From an uncultured delta proteobacterium (lineage in GTDB: Bacteria > Myxococcota_A > Polyangia > Polyangiales > Polyangiaceae), in NCBI GenBank assembly GCA_963841435.1, contig CAWJCS010000003.1:192001-256000 (forward strand): a stretch of 64,000 nt of DNA, given 5' to 3'. Positions 59,550-64,000 of this stretch are shown here, one piece after another. The notes beneath the pieces were generated by a model, which saw only the letters and a program-made list of their open reading frames with translations, ran no database searches and had not been told where the DNA came from. Numbering within the stretch: position 1 is the stretch's first letter; the number at the start of each line of letters is the position of its first letter. Made by a program: the position numbers and the translations under genes.

Positions 59550-61511
59550 ATGCAGGCGGTCAAACCGGGTGCGGATCCCTTCATCGGGAGCACGGTCCCC
59601 TCCGAGCTCCGGACGGGCGTGGTGTATCGCATCGAACGCCGACTTGGCGAGGGGGGCACGGCGATCGCGTATTTTGCATCGCGTTTCGGGCCGGAGGGCA
59701 CCTCCCCCGCCGTCCTCAAGATCATCCAGCCTGCCATCATCGCACAGGCGGGCGACCGCGCCGAAATGATCGTGCGCAAGGAGGCGGTGGCGCTCGGTCG
59801 CATCAACGAGCGCGTGCCGTCTTGCCCGTCGGTCGTCAGGCTGCTCGACGCCGGCACGACCGAGTACTCGGGTCGAGGCTACGCGATGAAGCTCCCCTGG
59901 CTCGCGCTCGAGTACGTTCACGGGGGGCCGGAGGGCACCACGCTCGAAGAGCGCGTGCAGCGCACCGTTCGCGACCTCGGCTACGCGTTCCCACCGGAGC
60001 GCGCGCTCCGCTTGCTCGATCAGGTGACCGACGGGCTCACCGAAATCCACGCGGCCGGGGTCATCCACCGTGATCTGAATCCGAACAACGTGCTCTGTTG
60101 CGGGAGCGGCGCCTCGGAGATGTTCAAGATCTCCGATTTCGGAATCGCGCGGCCGCTCGGCATGCAGGCGACGTTCGGCTCGGAAGCGGTCGGCACCCCG
60201 GGTTTCGTCGCGCCCGAGCAGGTCGCAGAAGGCGCCACGGTGGGGTTCGTTGCCGACATTTTCGGCCTGGGCGCGATGTTTTACTACGTGCTCACGGGTG
60301 AGGAGCTTTTCGCCGCGTCAGGGCTCATGGCCATCGTGCACGCGCGCAGCACCGAGCGCCGGTCGATCCGTGAGGCCAAGGGCCTCTGCCCGGAGATCCG
60401 CGCCGACGCCGAGGTGTGCGACGGCATGGATCGCGCGCTCGCGCTCGCGACGTCACCCGACCCGAGCGCACGGCCGGCGACGCCACGCGCCTTCGCCGCG
60501 AGCCTGAAGAGCTGGCTCACGAGCTGTCCGCCCACGCGTCGTACGCACGTGCCCGTGGAGGCCGTGCCGGGTGCCTCCCTGCCGCGCTGGACGTTCACGG
60601 TACGGCACCCGGCGGACGAGCGCTGGTTGCTCGTGCGCATTGGCTGGGATTCCGACGGGCACGCGCTCGCGGCGACGACGGAAGGCCTCGTGTATTTCGA
60701 CGGCACCGCATGGAACGAGGTGCCGCACCAGACGCTCGGCGGCATTCGACCGATCCGCTTCGTGAGCTCGGCCGGCGCCGGACGCTGGTTGCTCGGCGGC
60801 GACGGCGGTGTCTTGGCCGAATACTCGAGGGCGGGCGTCACGCGCACGCTGCGCGGGGACGATCCGAGCGTCGTCCTGATGGACGCTTGCGGCGAGATCT
60901 CGGACCTGGCCGCCACGATCGGCGGCAAATCCGGCGAGCCACCCCTGCTCTGCGGGGTGAGCGGCGGCCGCTGGCTCAAGCCCTTGCCCGTGACGCAGGC
61001 GTCGAGCCTCGTGAGCCTCGCGCGGCTCGACGAAACGCGCTTCCTCGTGGTGGGGCGCGGCGTCAACGGCAAGGGGCTCGCCGGCATCTACACGCCCCTC
61101 CACTTTCAGTTCGACATTTTGCCACGCCCCGCCGGCCGCGCGCTCGTCGCGGCCGCGAGCCGACCCGAGCGCGAGCTGTCGTTCGCCGTCGGCTCGCAGG
61201 GTTCGATCCTGAGGCGCCACCACGAGCAGACGGAGATCGCCTACCTGCAGGAAGGCAACGACCTCGCGTCCGTGGCGATCGACGTGCTCGGGGGGGCCTG
61301 GGCGGGAGGCGCCGGGTGCCTCTGGTACGGGCCGTCGACGGAGGCCGGATGGACGAAAGTCTGGTGGAGCGCGGAATGGCGCGCACCCTTCGTCAGCATC
61401 TTCGCGGAGCCCGGGCTCGTCATCGCAGCGGCCGCGGACGGCGCCATCATCGAGGGCAGAGCCACCGCCGACCAGCGACCGAGCGGCGTCCCGTGGTCGG
61501 GCGGACAGTAG
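59550..61511 (+). CDS. Ser/Thr kinase with C-terminal beta-propeller-like domain
   Basis: LGEGG, VLKI, HRDLNPNN, DFGIAR, GTPGFVAPEQ; C-terminal repeats (YFDGTAW, AVGSQGSI). Confidence 0.88.
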   Translation: MQAVKPGADPFIGSTVPSELRTGVVYRIERRLGEGGTAIAYFASRFGPEGTSPAVLKIIQPAIIAQAGDRAEMIVRKEAVALGRINERVPSCPSVVRLLDAGTTEYSGRGYAMKLPWLALEYVHGGPEGTTLEERVQRTVRDLGYAFPPERALRLLDQVTDGLTEIHAAGVIHRDLNPNNVLCCGSGASEMFKISDFGIARPLGMQATFGSEAVGTPGFVAPEQVAEGATVGFVADIFGLGAMFYYVLTGEELFAASGLMAIVHARSTERRSIREAKGLCPEIRADAEVCDGMDRALALATSPDPSARPATPRAFAASLKSWLTSCPPTRRTHVPVEAVPGASLPRWTFTVRHPADERWLLVRIGWDSDGHALAATTEGLVYFDGTAWNEVPHQTLGGIRPIRFVSSAGAGRWLLGGDGGVLAEYSRAGVTRTLRGDDPSVVLMDACGEISDLAATIGGKSGEPPLLCGVSGGRWLKPLPVTQASSLVSLARLDETRFLVVGRGVNGKGLAGIYTPLHFQFDILPRPAGRALVAAASRPERELSFAVGSQGSILRRHHEQTEIAYLQEGNDLASVAIDVLGGAWAGGAGCLWYGPSTEAGWTKVWWSAEWRAPFVSIFAEPGLVIAAAADGAIIEGRATADQRPSGVPWSGGQ

Positions 61512-61559
61512 AGCGAGTGGCGCTGCTTCGCGGCGCGGCAGAAGCGCCCGCAGCGGCGC

Positions 61560-63467
61560 TTACTTCGGGGGCTCGACCTTGCAGGGGCCGCAGTCGAGCA
61601 CGGCCCCGCAGCCGTCGCCGCTGAAGCCGCACTCGGCGCCGAGCTCCTCGCAGGTCTGCGGGGTGCACTCGGGCGGCGGCGGTGTCTCGCCGACGCAGGC
61701 GCTGAGGTCGAAGAGCATGTAGAGCAGCACCTTCTCCTGCGCCGTGAGATCACCCGCGCAATGCTCGGGGAAGATGACGTTCGAGGCGTCGCCGACGCTC
61801 ACGTGAAAGCCGCTGTAGGCGACGCGACCGCAAACCGCGTCGTCGGGCGCGCCGTACGGCGTGTTGATCGAGAATTGCTGAACCCGCTGGTTGCCGTCTT
61901 CCTGGTACACGAACTCTTCGGCGCTCGCGCCGAGCGTGGCATTCTGGCTCCGGGGCTCGACGATCTCGAACGAGCTCGCCGGCGGCGTGGTGACGCCCTC
62001 GTTGGCCATCCAGTCCGCGAAGCTCTGGATGCGCGGGCTCGCCTGCGGCCGGCCGAGCGAGACGACGCCGGTACCGACCAGGCTCTGGCCGTCGATGTTC
62101 GTGGCCCAGGTCGCGGCCGGGCCGAGCCCCGTCGCGATGGGATCCGTCGCATCGTAGGGTGTGGCTCCGTTTTCGTGCAGCCAGGTGAACGACAGGTGGC
62201 TGCCGAACAAGCGACCGCCGCGATTCACGTACTCGCGCACCTTGTCGCCGTCGGCATCACGCTGGGTGAAGCGGGAATCGTAGCCCGCGCCCTCGCAATC
62301 GGCGATCACCATGTCGTAGCTCTGCAAGCGCGCCAGGTCCGAATAGAGCTCGGTATCCGGCGGCGTGGTGTCGTCGATGCGTGCACCGGCGCCCATCCCC
62401 GTCCCCATCATCCCCATCATCCCACCGTTGCCGCGATAAAGGTGCACGCGCGCCGGCGCCGTGCCGCCGGTGCCCGGATTGCCGAACTCGGCATCGGCAA
62501 TGCCCATTTTTTCGAGCACGCACTCGATCGCATCGACGGAGCCCGTGCTCACGGCGATGCGCGGGATGTTGACGCCGACGCCGTCTGCCATGTCGCGGGG
62601 CAGGCGCGCCGGGTTCTCGGGTAGCGTGGCGGGCAACGCGTAGGTCTGACAAGCCGCCGCCTCGGGCAGCGTGAGGGCAACGGCGCGGCGGAACCGCCCG
62701 GCCTTGACGACGAGCAAGAACTCGGAGCCGATCGGAATGTTGCCTTCGAGGGTGAAGTTGCCCGTTGCGTCGGTGAGGCCTCCGACGAGCACGGGGCCGA
62801 GGTCCTGCTCGCCGCAGCAATCGCAGCTCGTGCCGTCGGTGGGGATGCCGGCCGTGATCGCGGGCAGCGTGGTCACGTCATTCGAGCGCAGGATGTAGAC
62901 GAAGGCGTTCGGGACCCCGAGCTGGTTCGCCGCGTCCGCGTCATTCCGACCCGGCGTGATGACTCGACCGGTGAGCATGGTGAGCTGTGGGGCGGCCGAG
63001 CAATCGGGCACGTCGCCGCAGAGCGTGCAGCCCTCTCCGAGCGCGCTCTGACACACGGTCGGCGCGCCGACACCACCGGTGCACGCTTCGAGCGGACCGC
63101 AGGTGAGGCCCTCGTCCGCGCAGTCCACCTTGTTGCCGCACTCGTCAACGATGTACCCACACTCCCAGCCGAGCCCGGCACAGGTCACCGGCTCGCACTC
63201 GGGAGGGGGCGAGGGATCGGTCACGTCGATCGGCGTGGTCCCACCGACGCCGGTGCCACCGCTGCCGCCCGCCCCGCTGTCCGAGCCGCCGACGGCGGCC
63301 GCCGCCGCATCCCCACCCGTGCCGCGGCCCGTGCCGCCGCTGCCGCCCTGCAACGTGCCGAGTGTGGGAGGCGAGGCGAGGTCCGCAGAGCCCGACGAAC
63401 AGGCGAGCACGGCGCCGAGCGCCAGCGGCAAAACCCAGATGCGGTCCCTCACACGAATCCTGATCAT
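61560..63467 (-). CDS. Cys-rich myxobacterial lipoprotein
   Basis: Lipobox VLAC; Gly linker; CxPxTC...CG...DxCG repeats at both ends; IAVSTGSVDAIECVL; QEKVLLYMLFDL. Confidence 0.75.
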   Translation of the reverse strand: MIRIRVRDRIWVLPLALGAVLACSSGSADLASPPTLGTLQGGSGGTGRGTGGDAAAAAVGGSDSGAGGSGGTGVGGTTPIDVTDPSPPPECEPVTCAGLGWECGYIVDECGNKVDCADEGLTCGPLEACTGGVGAPTVCQSALGEGCTLCGDVPDCSAAPQLTMLTGRVITPGRNDADAANQLGVPNAFVYILRSNDVTTLPAITAGIPTDGTSCDCCGEQDLGPVLVGGLTDATGNFTLEGNIPIGSEFLLVVKAGRFRRAVALTLPEAAACQTYALPATLPENPARLPRDMADGVGVNIPRIAVSTGSVDAIECVLEKMGIADAEFGNPGTGGTAPARVHLYRGNGGMMGMMGTGMGAGARIDDTTPPDTELYSDLARLQSYDMVIADCEGAGYDSRFTQRDADGDKVREYVNRGGRLFGSHLSFTWLHENGATPYDATDPIATGLGPAATWATNIDGQSLVGTGVVSLGRPQASPRIQSFADWMANEGVTTPPASSFEIVEPRSQNATLGASAEEFVYQEDGNQRVQQFSINTPYGAPDDAVCGRVAYSGFHVSVGDASNVIFPEHCAGDLTAQEKVLLYMLFDLSACVGETPPPPECTPQTCEELGAECGFSGDGCGAVLDCGPCKVEPPK

Positions 63468-63673
63468 GAGCCACGCGATGATACCGCGCGATGGAGCGCG
63501 GCGCGTTGTAGAAGTGGCGACGGCTCGCATTTGTGGCTCACACTTTGATCATCGACGTGCACTGGAAAAGACGACGGAGAGCGGAATGCTCTGCGGGGAG
63601 CGTCGTGTGCGCGAAAGTCGAGACGCAGCGCTTCGCGGAGCACGCACCGTCGAACTCGCCGTGTCGGTTTGCG

Positions 63674-64000
63674 TCACCCGCGGGTCATCTCGAGCATCGT
63701 CGGGCGAAACCCGTGAGCGCCGAAGAGCCGCTGTGCAGGCTCGTTGTTGACCATCGTCGAGAGCACGAGGCGCTGGGCGCCGAGCTCCTCCAGCGCCTCG
63801 ATCATCGCAACGAGCAGCCGGCGCCCGACCCCTTGCCCTCGCGCTGGCTCGTCCACGAAAACGTCGTGAATCGCGCCGTGCGCATCCAAGAGCAGGTTCC
63901 AGTCGCGCTCCTCCAGCGCTCCGTAGGCATAGCCGACCAGCGACCCCGCGCCCTCGGCGACGAGCACGACGGCTTGCTCGCGCCCGAGCTCGCGCTCGAA
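63674..64000 (-). CDS. GNAT acetyltransferase (5' end outside the window)
   Basis: VFVDEPARGQGVG motif A; N..AQRLF...GF. Confidence 0.85.
   Translation of the reverse strand, partial: FERELGREQAVVLVAEGAGSLVGYAYGALEERDWNLLLDAHGAIHDVFVDEPARGQGVGRRLLVAMIEALEELGAQRLVLSTMVNNEPAQRLFGAHGFRPTMLEMTRG

Noticed and set aside
1-64000. Many long Arg/Ala/Pro-rich overlapping or antisense ORFs (e.g. 6380-8818 -, 10426-12426 +, 22492-24774 +, 44554-46644 +)
   Set aside because: Shadow ORFs expected at high GC; no motifs, and they overlap well-supported genes
1-64000. CRISPR array, tRNA, rRNA, integrase or transposase genes
   Set aside because: No spaced direct repeats, RNA gene signatures or recombinase motifs seen by eye

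Overview
High-GC (~70% by eye) chromosomal segment from a myxobacterium. Gly-rich lipoproteins, FHA-sigma54 activators, eukaryote-like Ser/Thr kinases and FecR-TPR anti-sigma factors point to the Polyangiales/Sorangium-like group (inference). About 56 genes. Housekeeping genes include ribF, holA, ribA, glmU, an MltD-like transglycosylase, fumC, degP, dusB, hslR, an HMG-CoA synthase and a Nif3-like gene. Signalling modules are an MCP-less cheY-cheA-cheW-cheW-HEAT-cheR-cheB operon, an outer-membrane protein/ECF sigma/FecR/Cys-rich lipoprotein cassette, and an FHA-sigma54 activator/Ser-Thr kinase/TPR/lipoprotein cassette with a visible sigma54 promoter and candidate enhancer palindrome. There are also many secreted enzymes on Gly-rich tethers. 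Direct reading showed four further things: a 169-bp MITE with a TTAA target duplication in the 5' end of a PPIase gene; six +1 frameshifts that can each be repaired by deleting one A from GAA(C/T), probably a systematic sequencing error; an in-frame TGA in an aldehyde dehydrogenase; and a probable internally deleted methyltransferase relic. No rRNA, tRNA or CRISPR array was recognised. Product calls come from motif recognition only; no database searches were run.
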